Shown: positions 28,875 to 38,070, counted from the stretch's first letter. The stretch: DNA of 53,353 bases from Spirochaetota bacterium (GCA_023396615.1 JAEWVM010000066.1:1-53353), one strand, 5' to 3'. Numbers and translations are program-made. The notes: a model not told the origin generated them from the letters alone.

Positions 28875-29864
28875 ATGAGCAAAAAAAGAATAACAGTACC
28901 ATTTTTCGTTCCCCACAAAGGATGCCCGAATTTATGTATATTCTGCGATCAGAAAACTCAGGCAGGACGCGAGCCTTTACCCGAGGAAATAATTCCTCTG
29001 ATAAAAAAATATAGAAAATCAGCCCCGGATTCAGTGACTAACTTTGAACTGGCTTTTTTCGGCGGAAGTTTTACCGGCATAGAAGTAAATTACCAGATAC
29101 AACTTCTTAAAGAAGCTGAATCTGCACTTGAAATAGGATTAATTGACGGAATCCGAGTTTCCACACGCCCTGATGCAATAAATGAGAAAACATTATCTTT
29201 GCTGAACAAATATTCTGTTAAAACAATAGAAATCGGAGCGCAGTCATTTTCGGACGATGTTCTAAAAGCTTCCGGAAGAGGACATACCGCCAAGCAAACT
29301 ATAGAAGCCGCACAATTAATAAAACAACACGGATTTGACTTAGTTATCCAGCTTTTACCAGGATTGCCTCTTGACAGTATTGAAAAATCCATAAGATCTG
29401 CTGAAATTACCGCAGAATTGAATCCTTCGGCAGCTAGAATTTATCCTGCAGTTGTATTAGAAGGGACAAAGCTGGGAGAAATGTTTAAAAGCGGTGCATA
29501 CTCTCCTCTGTCTGTCGAAGAAGCTGCTGAATGGACATATGAAATCATGAAAATTTTTCAAAGAAAAAATATTAACGTAATCAGAATAGGAATCAATCCG
29601 GTAGAAAACGGAAATCTTTCAAAAATTATCGGCGGCGCGTATCATCCTTCATTCGGCCAGATTGTCAGATCTAGATTAAAACGTGATGATATGGAAAAAC
29701 TTTTTCTTTTTCAGGAAATAGGTCAAAAAAGCACGATATTGATTCCAAGTGATTATAAAGAGGAATACATCGGTCAAAAAAAAGCAAATATAAAGTATCT
29801 TGAAGATAAATACAAAACCAGAATTTGCTGCAAATTTCACAGCGGAGAATTGAGGAAGATTTAA
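28875..29864 (+). CDS. radical SAM protein (ELP3/HemN-like radical SAM core without further domains)
   Basis: VPFFVPHKGCPNLCIFCDQ (CX3CX2C) followed by a TIM-barrel-like region (..FFGGSFT.., ..IEIGAQSF..). Confidence 0.7.
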   Translation: MSKKRITVPFFVPHKGCPNLCIFCDQKTQAGREPLPEEIIPLIKKYRKSAPDSVTNFELAFFGGSFTGIEVNYQIQLLKEAESALEIGLIDGIRVSTRPDAINEKTLSLLNKYSVKTIEIGAQSFSDDVLKASGRGHTAKQTIEAAQLIKQHGFDLVIQLLPGLPLDSIEKSIRSAEITAELNPSAARIYPAVVLEGTKLGEMFKSGAYSPLSVEEAAEWTYEIMKIFQRKNINVIRIGINPVENGNLSKIIGGAYHPSFGQIVRSRLKRDDMEKLFLFQEIGQKSTILIPSDYKEEYIGQKKANIKYLEDKYKTRICCKFHSGELRKI

Positions 29865-29896
29865 TAAGAGGCAGATTTTTAAACCTGCCTCTTATT
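29863..29896. terminator. 12-bp-stem hairpin between convergent genes (bidirectional terminator candidate)
   Basis: AATAAGAGGCAG-N10-CTGCCTCTTATT. Confidence 0.5.
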
Positions 29897-29899
29897 AAA

Positions 29900-30943
29900 T
29901 TACTTAGAACCTTTCTTTACTGCTTTTTTTGCAGCTTTCTTAACTACTTTCTTCGCTGCCTTTTTAACAACTTTTTTGACAGCTTTTTTTACCACTTTCT
30001 TAGGAGCGGCTTTTTTAACTGTTTTCTTTGCTGCAGGCTTTGCAGAAGAAGATGCGGCAGGAGCCGGTTTAGCTGCAGCTTTAGGCTGAGCAGATCCTGA
30101 TACCTTGTCCTGAACCCATTTTTTAACATCGTTTAACACTTTCATTCTTTCTCTCTCCAATTCATTCATTATTTCATGATAAAGACCGTCATATTTCTCA
30201 AACCGCTTGTCCGAAGATCCTAAAGCGGCAAACAACTCTTCAACTCCGGAAACATCAGATAAATCATCCGCTGTTCCAGTCAATATTAGTATTGGTAAAC
30301 GTATATCCGATGCCCTGTCAAGACAGAATTGAGAATTTTTATAAAGTTCGTCAAAAAGCCTTACCGAAATTCTATCGTGAATCAATTTATCTGTCTTAAT
30401 TTTTTCAATCTCTTCTTTATCTTTGGTAAGATGTTCCAGCATTACATTGGTAGAAAACGAAAATGAATCAGAAAAAACCGAAGCTATTCGGGCACCTAAA
30501 AGAAAAAGAGGCGAATTTTTAATAGAAGGCTTTACTGAAGGTGATAAAAGAACCAAACCGGAAATATCTCTTTGATAAACAAGCGAATAACGGAGAGCTA
30601 CCATCGCTCCAAAGCCTTCACCAACAAGGAAAACAGGTACTCCGGGATATTTCGTTGAAAAAGAATTAATGAGACATTTAATATCATAAACAAAAGTTAA
30701 AACAGTATCAGAATCTCCGCGCTTGCCTTCTGATTTTCCATGACCGCGAAAATCAACAGCATAAAATGAAAGGTTTTTATTCTCGAAATATGATACCATT
30801 GAAGAAAAACGATCAGAATGACCGCCTAAGTCATGCAGCAGAACAATAAGAGCCTTTGTTTTATCCGAACGCCAGGCTGAATAATAAAGTTTTGTCGCGT
30901 TTTTTCCGCTATATAAACCGTTTTCAATAAGATATCCAGCCAT
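29900..30943 (-). CDS. alpha/beta-hydrolase-fold protein (lysophospholipase/monoglyceride-lipase-like) lacking the nucleophile Ser, with a Lys/Ala-rich histone-H1-like tail
   Basis: LLHDLGGHSDRF (oxyanion region), nucleophile elbow reads FLVGEGFGAM where GHSMG is expected, Asp in GTADDLSD, His in GLYHEI. Tail is aa 282-347, rich in AAKK/VVKK. Confidence 0.7.
   Translation of the reverse strand: MAGYLIENGLYSGKNATKLYYSAWRSDKTKALIVLLHDLGGHSDRFSSMVSYFENKNLSFYAVDFRGHGKSEGKRGDSDTVLTFVYDIKCLINSFSTKYPGVPVFLVGEGFGAMVALRYSLVYQRDISGLVLLSPSVKPSIKNSPLFLLGARIASVFSDSFSFSTNVMLEHLTKDKEEIEKIKTDKLIHDRISVRLFDELYKNSQFCLDRASDIRLPILILTGTADDLSDVSGVEELFAALGSSDKRFEKYDGLYHEIMNELERERMKVLNDVKKWVQDKVSGSAQPKAAAKPAPAASSSAKPAAKKTVKKAAPKKVVKKAVKKVVKKAAKKVVKKAAKKAVKKGSK
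29903..30100 (-). repeat. coding Lys/Ala/Val/Pro-rich repeat (AAKKVVKKAVKK...)
   Basis: Iterated (A/V)(A/V)KK units. At DNA level these are iterated ctttttt/gctgc-type units. Confidence 0.8.
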
Positions 30944-31055
30944 TCAATTCCTCCGGAACAAGATTAAATCTCATCCCTATAAAATGTGAAAGACTATATT
31001 TCTTTTTGTAAATAACTATTTACTAAAATAGATTTTTTTTACAAAAAAACTAAGA

Positions 31056-32846
31056 TCAGCTGAATTTTTTGGATATCTCTCTTAATAAAATATCAAGTTG
31101 AAATGGTTTCGGAATATAAAGGTCAACGAAATCTTCACCCGATTTAATGCTTAAGTTCCATCCTGAAAAAAGAACAGTAATAGCAGAAGGCATTAGTTTT
31201 TTAACTTCAGCAAGTAATTCAAGTCCCGTTTTCCCCGGAATACCATAATCGGATATCACCAAATCAAACTTCTGCAGACCCATCTCTTTCTCAGCAGAAA
31301 AACTATCAACACACAGAGTAACTCTGTTTCCGGTATTGTCAAAAAGCTCACGAAGAACTTCGCGTAAAGCGGCTTCATCTTCAACAACAAGAACATCCAG
31401 ATCACGAAGACGGTGTACTTCATCCTTCGAAGACAAAATTGCCTCTTTCGAAATCATTTTAGCCGGTATAGAAACCTTGATCGATATGCTGTCTGCAGAT
31501 TCTTCTTCAATTACACGAAGATGCGCAAGTTCTGCCAATCTGCGTATTTCAATATCCGATAAATATTCATTTTCATATCCGTGACTTTTCTTTTTGGCAG
31601 ATACAGAAAAAATATAATCCGTGCTCTGACGAATATCGACCTCAATTTCACCGTCCTGCTCTATATAATTAGCTAATCGGAAAATCATCGACACGAATAT
31701 CTCACGCAAAAGCTTAATGTTTCCGGTTATTACACCCTTCACAAAAAAATGTTTTGAGATTTTTACATCACGTATCTTATCACGCTCTTCGACTTTAAAC
31801 TGCATTTTTGAAAATTCTACGGCATCATCTATCAGCGAAAGAATTTCCTCAGAAGATTCATCTTCATCGTCTGATGTTTCACCAACAAAATCCTGAATAC
31901 GCTTAATCTGACGGGCTCCGTCATTTGCGGAATCATAAATTGATTTTAATCCGTCCAAAAGAACATCTTTTTCAGTCTGCTGCATCATCATCTGCGACCG
32001 GTTCATAACTATATTCATTATATTGCTGAAGGAATGCAAAAGACCTTCAAACATATCACCGAGAATATTTTCACGGTTCTTACTCGTTAACCGTTTTTCA
32101 AGATTACTGATGGCAGTTGTGTCCTCGAAAAGAATTTCAACCGCGACAATCCGTCTCTCGCTCATTATGCTGTAAAATACCGCATTGGCGTATTTTTTTT
32201 CATTCTTGCGTGTAACGATCTTAATATCATTAAGGCGCTTAAAAACAGATAATCCGCCAAGAACATCTTTAACGGAATTTTTAATACGTTCGGCGTCATA
32301 AGCTGTAAAAATTTCATAGAACTTGGAAGAATCCGAAAAAAGTTCATTTTTCGGAAATCCGGTAATTCTCTCAACTGACGAACTTACCATTGTAATTTCG
32401 CCTTCTGAATTTAACCGAACAATCGGAAAAGGAGAAAACTCAAATAGGTTCTGGTTATCAGAGGAAAGAGGGTCGGACATAACGGACTGATCAAAAGAAA
32501 CAGCTCTGTCATCAACGCGTTTGAAGAAAGCAAGAATACCCGGAAGACAACTGTCCAGACTCATCGGATATAGATAAATCTCTACAGGAATCTGCGTGTT
32601 ATCAGCTCCTTTTAATACCGCAAAACAACGGGTATCCACACCGGAAAGCGCCTTATGATATGAAAGCGCAATCTGTCTGCGGTACTCGCTGTATAGCGGA
32701 TGCGAAACATCGAGAGCTATTGAATTCTCATTATCTGAATCGGATGAAAATATTTCAGAAAATACGGTGTTTTTAAAAATGAGATCTCCGGAAATGCTTA
32801 ATACGCATACCGGAAATTTCAATTTATCAAAAATCTCGTATCCCAC
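31056..32846 (-). CDS. PAS / HisKA-like / degenerate ATPase / receiver signalling protein
   Basis: Two PAS-like regions and an H-box-like GLLHSFSNIMN. No DxGxG or GxGLG boxes where the catalytic domain should be. Intact REC (VLVVEDE, LVISDYGIPG, PKPF). Confidence 0.65.
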   Translation of the reverse strand: MGYEIFDKLKFPVCVLSISGDLIFKNTVFSEIFSSDSDNENSIALDVSHPLYSEYRRQIALSYHKALSGVDTRCFAVLKGADNTQIPVEIYLYPMSLDSCLPGILAFFKRVDDRAVSFDQSVMSDPLSSDNQNLFEFSPFPIVRLNSEGEITMVSSSVERITGFPKNELFSDSSKFYEIFTAYDAERIKNSVKDVLGGLSVFKRLNDIKIVTRKNEKKYANAVFYSIMSERRIVAVEILFEDTTAISNLEKRLTSKNRENILGDMFEGLLHSFSNIMNIVMNRSQMMMQQTEKDVLLDGLKSIYDSANDGARQIKRIQDFVGETSDDEDESSEEILSLIDDAVEFSKMQFKVEERDKIRDVKISKHFFVKGVITGNIKLLREIFVSMIFRLANYIEQDGEIEVDIRQSTDYIFSVSAKKKSHGYENEYLSDIEIRRLAELAHLRVIEEESADSISIKVSIPAKMISKEAILSSKDEVHRLRDLDVLVVEDEAALREVLRELFDNTGNRVTLCVDSFSAEKEMGLQKFDLVISDYGIPGKTGLELLAEVKKLMPSAITVLFSGWNLSIKSGEDFVDLYIPKPFQLDILLREISKKFS

Positions 32847-32859
32847 AATAATGCCGCCG

Positions 32860-34254
32860 TTAGTTAACTGTTCTGCAGTTTATTATAAACTTTTTCTTTG
32901 CCGGAATATCAAAGTCACCGAGATCCTTTTCGCTTATTACTGCAGAATTGGCATAAAACTTAACTTTAACATTATGTTTGCCCGGGTCAATTCCGGCAAG
33001 TGCAAGCTGAAAATTTGCCGGCAAAGTACTCCAGCAACGAAGATCCGGTTCAATCTGCATAACTAAACCAGCTCCGACAATTCCGCCTGTAATTGCCCCG
33101 ATTAAACCGGCAACACCCTTTGTCTTCTTACTTGACTTAGCAATTTCTTTCGCAATTTTACCGGCAATAACCGCAGTAATCGCTTTAACAACAATTCCGG
33201 CCGCTACTTTTGTTTTTATTGTAGTATATTTCTCTTCAAGAGTTTTCAAAGAAGTATCTGCAATATTTTCAAGCATATAAGAGCGGGCTTTTTCTACTCC
33301 GTCAATTTCCAGAGTCAGATAGTCAGATTTAGCTGACCGGCGCTGATATCTAGGAATTGGATTATCAACTGTTGCAAGTACGGCAAGAATTGCTGCAAAA
33401 GTAACACCCTCTTTAGTCTTAAGAGATGCGGAATCAAACGCAAGACGCAAAGCTATACGCATAGATTCATCATCCAGAATTTTTCCGCGTGAAACCTTTA
33501 TCGGAGACATTCCGTTCTGGAAAATAACGACGACCTGAGACGGTGAATCCGCATGGTAGCCGAACTTGGCTTTCCACGCCTGATACTCATCATCATACTT
33601 CAATTTTCCGGATAAACGCACAAGATCCCTTCTTACCAGAGGATTTGAAGGATCAAGCTGATAAATCTGCTTCATTTCAATATAGGCATACTCAAGATCA
33701 TCTGTATCATTTGAAGCATCAGCAACAGCCTCGAATGCCACGGCGGTTAGATATTTTGCCATTATATTCTGTTTGAACTGGTTTAAACCTTCCGACTTAA
33801 AAGAAGTAAGAAGATCGTTAACCCGCTTAAATTCAACTCTCGCGGAATCATTCTGATCAAGCATCAGAAAATTCATGCCCGCGTACATATGAATCAGAAC
33901 CCGCTCAAAATCCTCACCGCGGTAGTTCGTTTTTGTATCATTCGTAAGCAGCGCAACAGATTCCTGCGAAATACTTATTGGTATTTTTTTCGCGAGTTCG
34001 CCCGCTGCAAGAAAAAGCTTATTGCTGTTTTCGTAATCAAACGCAACATTAAGCATAGTACCGCATTCCATCTGGGCAAGCAGCTGATCCCTTCCGGATG
34101 AATTTGCCGAAGGGAGAAGCTTTCTTGCTGCATCCTTAAACTTCATCTGATTAAAAAGCTTGTTAGCCTCAACAATATCTTTATGAAACTGCGTACTGCA
34201 GGAAAATAAACAAATAACCATGGCAAACATAAAAAATCTTGATATCTTCAGCAT
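32860..34254 (-). CDS. large lipoprotein with a helical/TPR-like body and a Gly-zipper membrane segment (COG3014-like)
   Basis: Lipobox CLFSC. C-proximal AGIVVKAITAVIAGKIAKEI...GVAGLIGAITGGIVGAGLV. Ends 13 nt before the next gene's start. Confidence 0.5.
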   Translation of the reverse strand: MLKISRFFMFAMVICLFSCSTQFHKDIVEANKLFNQMKFKDAARKLLPSANSSGRDQLLAQMECGTMLNVAFDYENSNKLFLAAGELAKKIPISISQESVALLTNDTKTNYRGEDFERVLIHMYAGMNFLMLDQNDSARVEFKRVNDLLTSFKSEGLNQFKQNIMAKYLTAVAFEAVADASNDTDDLEYAYIEMKQIYQLDPSNPLVRRDLVRLSGKLKYDDEYQAWKAKFGYHADSPSQVVVIFQNGMSPIKVSRGKILDDESMRIALRLAFDSASLKTKEGVTFAAILAVLATVDNPIPRYQRRSAKSDYLTLEIDGVEKARSYMLENIADTSLKTLEEKYTTIKTKVAAGIVVKAITAVIAGKIAKEIAKSSKKTKGVAGLIGAITGGIVGAGLVMQIEPDLRCWSTLPANFQLALAGIDPGKHNVKVKFYANSAVISEKDLGDFDIPAKKKFIINCRTVN

Positions 34255-34281
34255 AATAAATCTCCTCTGATTACCCTTGTA

Positions 34282-34860
34282 CTAAAAGGAAATTTTAGTA
34301 TTTTTGCTGGTTTTAAGAAATTCTTTCTGTTCCTGCCACATAATAATTCCTGTTTTGAGATTATAAAGCTTCAGAGTAACAACAAGATACTGAATATTTT
34401 TCCCTTTAACTGTTCTTACATTATCACGGACGTCTCCGGTTAAATACATATTAGGGGATTTCAAATAACCCATTGGAACTGCACTGTCCGGATCAATCAT
34501 GCCGCTCATTCCTTTTTCCATTTCTTCAAGTGCTTCAGCTGTCAACGAATCATCAACAAAAGAAATTCTTTTTTTGATAAGCTGAGTAACAATTTCTTCA
34601 GAAATCATTTTAGTATCGATATGTTCAGATGTTTTGTTCTGGAATTTTTTTACCTGAAGAAACGCAGGCTGTTTCCACTCGTCTTTGAGATAAGAATAAA
34701 TCGAACCGACCATCATTGAAGTGGTCATTTTAATCTCTTTCGGACCCCATTCTGCCGAACCTTTATCCTTGCTGGCGTCTCCGTATTCAACCGTTGAACC
34801 GCAAGCAGAAAAAATCATAGAAATAAACAGAATCGAAGCGAATGCAGCAATCTTTTTCAT
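34282..34860 (-). CDS. LpoB-like lipoprotein (COG3417 family, penicillin-binding-protein activator LpoB-like)
   Basis: Lipobox IFSAC. ...VKKFQNKTSEHIDTKMISEEIVTQLIK...YLTGDV..., the characteristic COG3417 pattern. Confidence 0.6.
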   Translation of the reverse strand: MKKIAAFASILFISMIFSACGSTVEYGDASKDKGSAEWGPKEIKMTTSMMVGSIYSYLKDEWKQPAFLQVKKFQNKTSEHIDTKMISEEIVTQLIKKRISFVDDSLTAEALEEMEKGMSGMIDPDSAVPMGYLKSPNMYLTGDVRDNVRTVKGKNIQYLVVTLKLYNLKTGIIMWQEQKEFLKTSKNTKISF

Positions 34861-35004
34861 ATCATAACCCCTTGAAATATTATTAAAAACTTATTATTAA
34901 CCCGAAATCATCAGGCATTTCTTCAGTAACAGAAAGCTAAACTTTGTTACTATTAATGTCAACAAACAATTTGGAAGGATAAAAAGTGTTAATTTTATAC
35001 AAAA

Positions 35005-35649
35005 TCAGGCATTATGACTGATAGCGTCTATTACTAAAGTAAGATATTCTTTCATTCCAGGGGAAAAAAACAAAGGATGAAACTCTTCAAGATCAATATT
35101 CTTCATATAAACATTTTTCCCATCGTAATAAAGCGATTCAGCACATGTAAGCTTTCCTGACAATACCGATATAAAGTCATTAAGCCGGATAAAGCAAACA
35201 GCTTCGACCTCACCGTCCGAAAAAGAGTAATTATTAATTTCAATATCCGAATTCATTATCCAGATGTGCTGAAACTCACGGTGAAATAAATCTATTTGAG
35301 GTATTATTTCTTCATAACGGAAATATCCCAAATCAGTAAGTTCTTCATCATGAACATCAATACCTAATTCTTCTGATGCCTCTTTCTGAATCTTACCGCT
35401 GTTCAGGCCAAAAGGCACATGTCCTCCGACAGATATATCAAGTACAGAAGGATAAAGATCTTTTTGACTGGAGCGCTTTTGCAGAAGTATCCATATATCT
35501 CCGGCAATGATTTTATAAATCCAAAGATGAACACCCTCGTGAGGAATTCCCTCCCTGTGGGCTACAAACCTATCTACAGGTTTCCCAAGCGGCTTTCCTG
35601 TCAACCAATCCCATTCTTCAATAAATTCCTGTTTTGTTTTTGCAGTCAC
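35005..35649 (-). CDS. NUDIX hydrolase, isopentenyl-diphosphate-isomerase-like subgroup
   Basis: HEGVHLWIY...LLQKRSSQKDLYPSVLDISVGGHVPFG...KEASEELGI is a Nudix-box-like GGHx..E..EELGI. Confidence 0.55.
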   Translation of the reverse strand: MTAKTKQEFIEEWDWLTGKPLGKPVDRFVAHREGIPHEGVHLWIYKIIAGDIWILLQKRSSQKDLYPSVLDISVGGHVPFGLNSGKIQKEASEELGIDVHDEELTDLGYFRYEEIIPQIDLFHREFQHIWIMNSDIEINNYSFSDGEVEAVCFIRLNDFISVLSGKLTCAESLYYDGKNVYMKNIDLEEFHPLFFSPGMKEYLTLVIDAISHNA

Positions 35650-35694
35650 ATCAATCTCTTTGGAATAATTATAAACAACGCAGATACCGGTGCA

Positions 35695-35724
35695 AACAAA
35701 AAAAGCGGGGAAATCCCCGCTTTT
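35695..35724 (-). terminator. intrinsic terminator of the sHSP operon (bidirectional shape)
   Basis: On the minus strand: GCGGGG-ATTT-CCCCGC followed by T7, abutting the stop codon. Confidence 0.8.
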
Positions 35725-36075
35725 TTAACCCGCAAGAAGTTCAATTTTTCTAGGTTTAACTTCTTCTCTTTTTTTCATAGTCACTGCGAGAACACCATTT
35801 TCATATTTCGCCGTAACACCGTTCGGTTCAATATCCGCCCCTAAAGTGAACCCTCTGTAATAATCCCCGCCGGAAAACTCTCTGTATTTAATCGCCTCGT
35901 TAGAATTTATTTCTTCAGAGAATTTTCCTTCAATTTCAAGTTTTCCTTCACTTAGAGTGATGGAAATATTTTCTCGCTTTACTCCAGGCATATCAAGCTT
36001 TATGCTGTATTCATTATCATTCTCAGTAATATCAGCAGCCGGAGATATTTTTCTATTAACTAATTTTTCACTCAT
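35725..36075 (-). CDS. small heat-shock protein (Hsp20/alpha-crystallin), copy 3
   Basis: ACD pattern DITENDNEYSIKLDMPGVKRENISITLSEGKLEIEG...AKYENGVLAVTM. C-terminal IEL (IXI-like). Confidence 0.85.
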   Translation of the reverse strand: MSEKLVNRKISPAADITENDNEYSIKLDMPGVKRENISITLSEGKLEIEGKFSEEINSNEAIKYREFSGGDYYRGFTLGADIEPNGVTAKYENGVLAVTMKKREEVKPRKIELLAG

Positions 36076-36084
36076 ATTTCCTCC

Positions 36085-36477
36085 TTAAAGAATCTCGATC
36101 TTTTTAGGTTTGGCTGCTTCACTCTTTGAAAGCTCAACAGTCAAAATGCCGTCGCTGAGTTTGGCACTCATTTTATCCCTATCAAGCTGATAAGGAAGCT
36201 TAACAGTCTTTTTGAATGCTCCGGAAGCGCGTTCACGGCGAAGATATCTGCCTGATATCTCTTCACTCTTAGGCGCAGCTTTGATAACTAGATAATTATC
36301 AACAACTTCCAATGAAATATCTTCACTAGTCATACCGGGAACAACAGCTCTGACCACTATCGCATCCTCTTTTTCATAAACATTGGTCAAAGGCCTTTCA
36401 CGGTAAACCGATTCATCAGTTACTGCCGAATCAAAAGCTTTAACCAGATCATTAATCATACTGTAAACAGGATACAT
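36085..36477 (-). CDS. small heat-shock protein (Hsp20/alpha-crystallin), copy 2
   Basis: ACD pattern NVYEKEDAIVVRAVVPGMTSEDISLEVVDNYLVIKA...AKLSDGILTVEL. C-terminal IEI. Confidence 0.85.
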   Translation of the reverse strand: MYPVYSMINDLVKAFDSAVTDESVYRERPLTNVYEKEDAIVVRAVVPGMTSEDISLEVVDNYLVIKAAPKSEEISGRYLRRERASGAFKKTVKLPYQLDRDKMSAKLSDGILTVELSKSEAAKPKKIEIL

Positions 36478-36487
36478 ACTTACCTCC

Positions 36488-36898
36488 TCAATTTATCATT
36501 ATTCTTGTTTTATTTTCTTCTTTTTCAGTTTTAGGAATTACCAATTCCAAAACCCCGTTTTTAAACTCAGCTTTTATCTCTTCTGCCTTAACAGATTCCG
36601 GAACGCGGAATCTTCTTACAAATTCGCCTGAGCTCCTTTCGTGAACATGATATTCACCTTCCTCATGTTCCTTTTCACTTGAACGTTTAGCTGATACTGT
36701 AAGAAAACCGTTCTCAATGCTAACATCCAAGTCCTCTTTTTTAACGCCCGGAAGATCAGCTTTAAGAGTAAAAGATTCTTTGTTTTCAACCAGATCAACA
36801 TTGAAAAGTTTTTCTTCCGCCTTAAAATAATCAGGCAAACTCCAGAAGTCATCGAATAGTTTTTCGATCGGAGTTTCGTGTTTTGTTATGTTCCACAT
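36488..36898 (-). CDS. small heat-shock protein (Hsp20/alpha-crystallin), copy 1
   Basis: ACD pattern VDLVENKESFTLKADLPGVKKEDLDVSIENGFLTVSA...AEFKNGVLELVIPK. C-terminal IMI. Confidence 0.85.
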   Translation of the reverse strand: MWNITKHETPIEKLFDDFWSLPDYFKAEEKLFNVDLVENKESFTLKADLPGVKKEDLDVSIENGFLTVSAKRSSEKEHEEGEYHVHERSSGEFVRRFRVPESVKAEEIKAEFKNGVLELVIPKTEKEENKTRIMIN

Positions 36899-36925
36899 AA
36901 TGACCTCCTTATTTATATATTACTG

Positions 36926-36952
36926 TTAGCACTCATATTTATCGAGTGCTAA
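36926..36952. promoter_or_regulatory. CIRCE element (HrcA operator)
   Basis: TTAGCACTC-N9-GAGTGCTAA matches the consensus perfectly. Arms extend to 16 bp (36919-36959). The element lies 28 nt upstream of the first hsp20 ATG. Confidence 0.85.
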
Positions 36953-36956
36953 CAGT

Positions 36957-36985
36957 AATATATTTAAAGATAAAGAAATCGTCAA
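36957..36985 (-). promoter_or_regulatory. sigma70-like promoter of the sHSP operon
   Basis: On the minus strand: TTGACG, 17 nt, TATATT. The -10 box abuts/overlaps the extended CIRCE arm. Confidence 0.6.
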
Positions 36986-37068
36986 CATCGGAATTGATTT
37001 TTTTCGTTTTTTTATTAAATAAATGAATCGGGGAAAATCGGTAGAAAAAATAATAAAATGAATTTATA

Positions 37069-38055
37069 TTATTTACCGCGATAAAGCTCTTCTATCTGTT
37101 TTACTACATATTTTTTTGCTTCTTCGCGGGATAGCTGAGACTTGAAACCGGCCGCGTTTTTATGCCCGCCGCCGCCGTTGGAAATAGCAATTCCGGACAC
37201 ATCGAGATCGCCCTTCGTTCTCATGCTGACTTTGAGAGGGCCTTCTACATCCTGTTTCAAAAGAACCGACACCTGCACCTCGGCAACAGAAAGAGGAAGA
37301 TTGATGCTGGTCTCTCCCTGTGAAAAATCCGCACCCGTCTCCTTCAGCATCTCGGGAGCAAGATGCATCAAAATCATCTTTCCGCCAAGATAAACTTCAA
37401 CCGTTGAAAGGATTTTTGACTTCAACAGAAATGCAGAAAGCTCATTATTATCAAAAATTCTTTCATGAATTTCAAAAGGTTTTATTCCGGTAGAAAGAAG
37501 CTTGGCTACGGCAAGATGAGTGCGCGGCGTGGTCTTTTTGTATTTAAATCCGCCGGTATCAAAAAGCAGTCCGGTATATAAAGCCTGAGCAGCTTTTCTT
37601 GTAAAATCATGGCGGTAGTGATCCATTATAAAAAAAACAATCTCGCTGGCACTCGAGGCTTCAACCATGACAAAATGCGTATCAATATAGTCTTCACCGC
37701 CTTCATGGTGATCTATAATAAATATTTCATTTACATGCGGAGATAAAAGAGTGTACGCTGCACCGGTATTTACAAAATTATTTGTATCAAGAACTATAAC
37801 CGAATATTCAGAAATATCATCCGGCAGAGAAAAATCCGATGCAATATTAATGACCGAATCCACATCAAGAAAACAAAGTTTGTCAGGCGTCGGATCACCA
37901 TTTATCACAAAAGATTTTGTTCCGAGAGAATCCAAAAGCTCCTTAAGGGCGATTTCCGCACCTATCCCGTCGGCATCCGGAGATTCATGTGTCGTAATTA
38001 TTATCTTCTTGTTTTTTTCAAAAAACTGAACTACATTATCCAGGCCGCTATTCAT
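37069..38055 (-). CDS. DHH/DHHA1 phosphoesterase (NrnA-like oligoribonuclease / pAp phosphatase)
   Basis: HESPDADGIG (motif I), IIDHHEG (DHH) and GGGGHKNAAGF (DHHA1). Confidence 0.8.
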   Translation of the reverse strand: MNSGLDNVVQFFEKNKKIIITTHESPDADGIGAEIALKELLDSLGTKSFVINGDPTPDKLCFLDVDSVINIASDFSLPDDISEYSVIVLDTNNFVNTGAAYTLLSPHVNEIFIIDHHEGGEDYIDTHFVMVEASSASEIVFFIMDHYRHDFTRKAAQALYTGLLFDTGGFKYKKTTPRTHLAVAKLLSTGIKPFEIHERIFDNNELSAFLLKSKILSTVEVYLGGKMILMHLAPEMLKETGADFSQGETSINLPLSVAEVQVSVLLKQDVEGPLKVSMRTKGDLDVSGIAISNGGGGHKNAAGFKSQLSREEAKKYVVKQIEELYRGK

Positions 38056-38070
38056 GCTTCTCCGTGTTTA

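Noticed and set aside
29825-30100. 91-aa Cys/Phe/Leu/Arg-rich plus-strand ORF
   Set aside because: It is the antisense reading of the AKK-repeat tail of the hydrolase-like gene. It begins inside the radical SAM gene and crosses the inter-gene hairpin.
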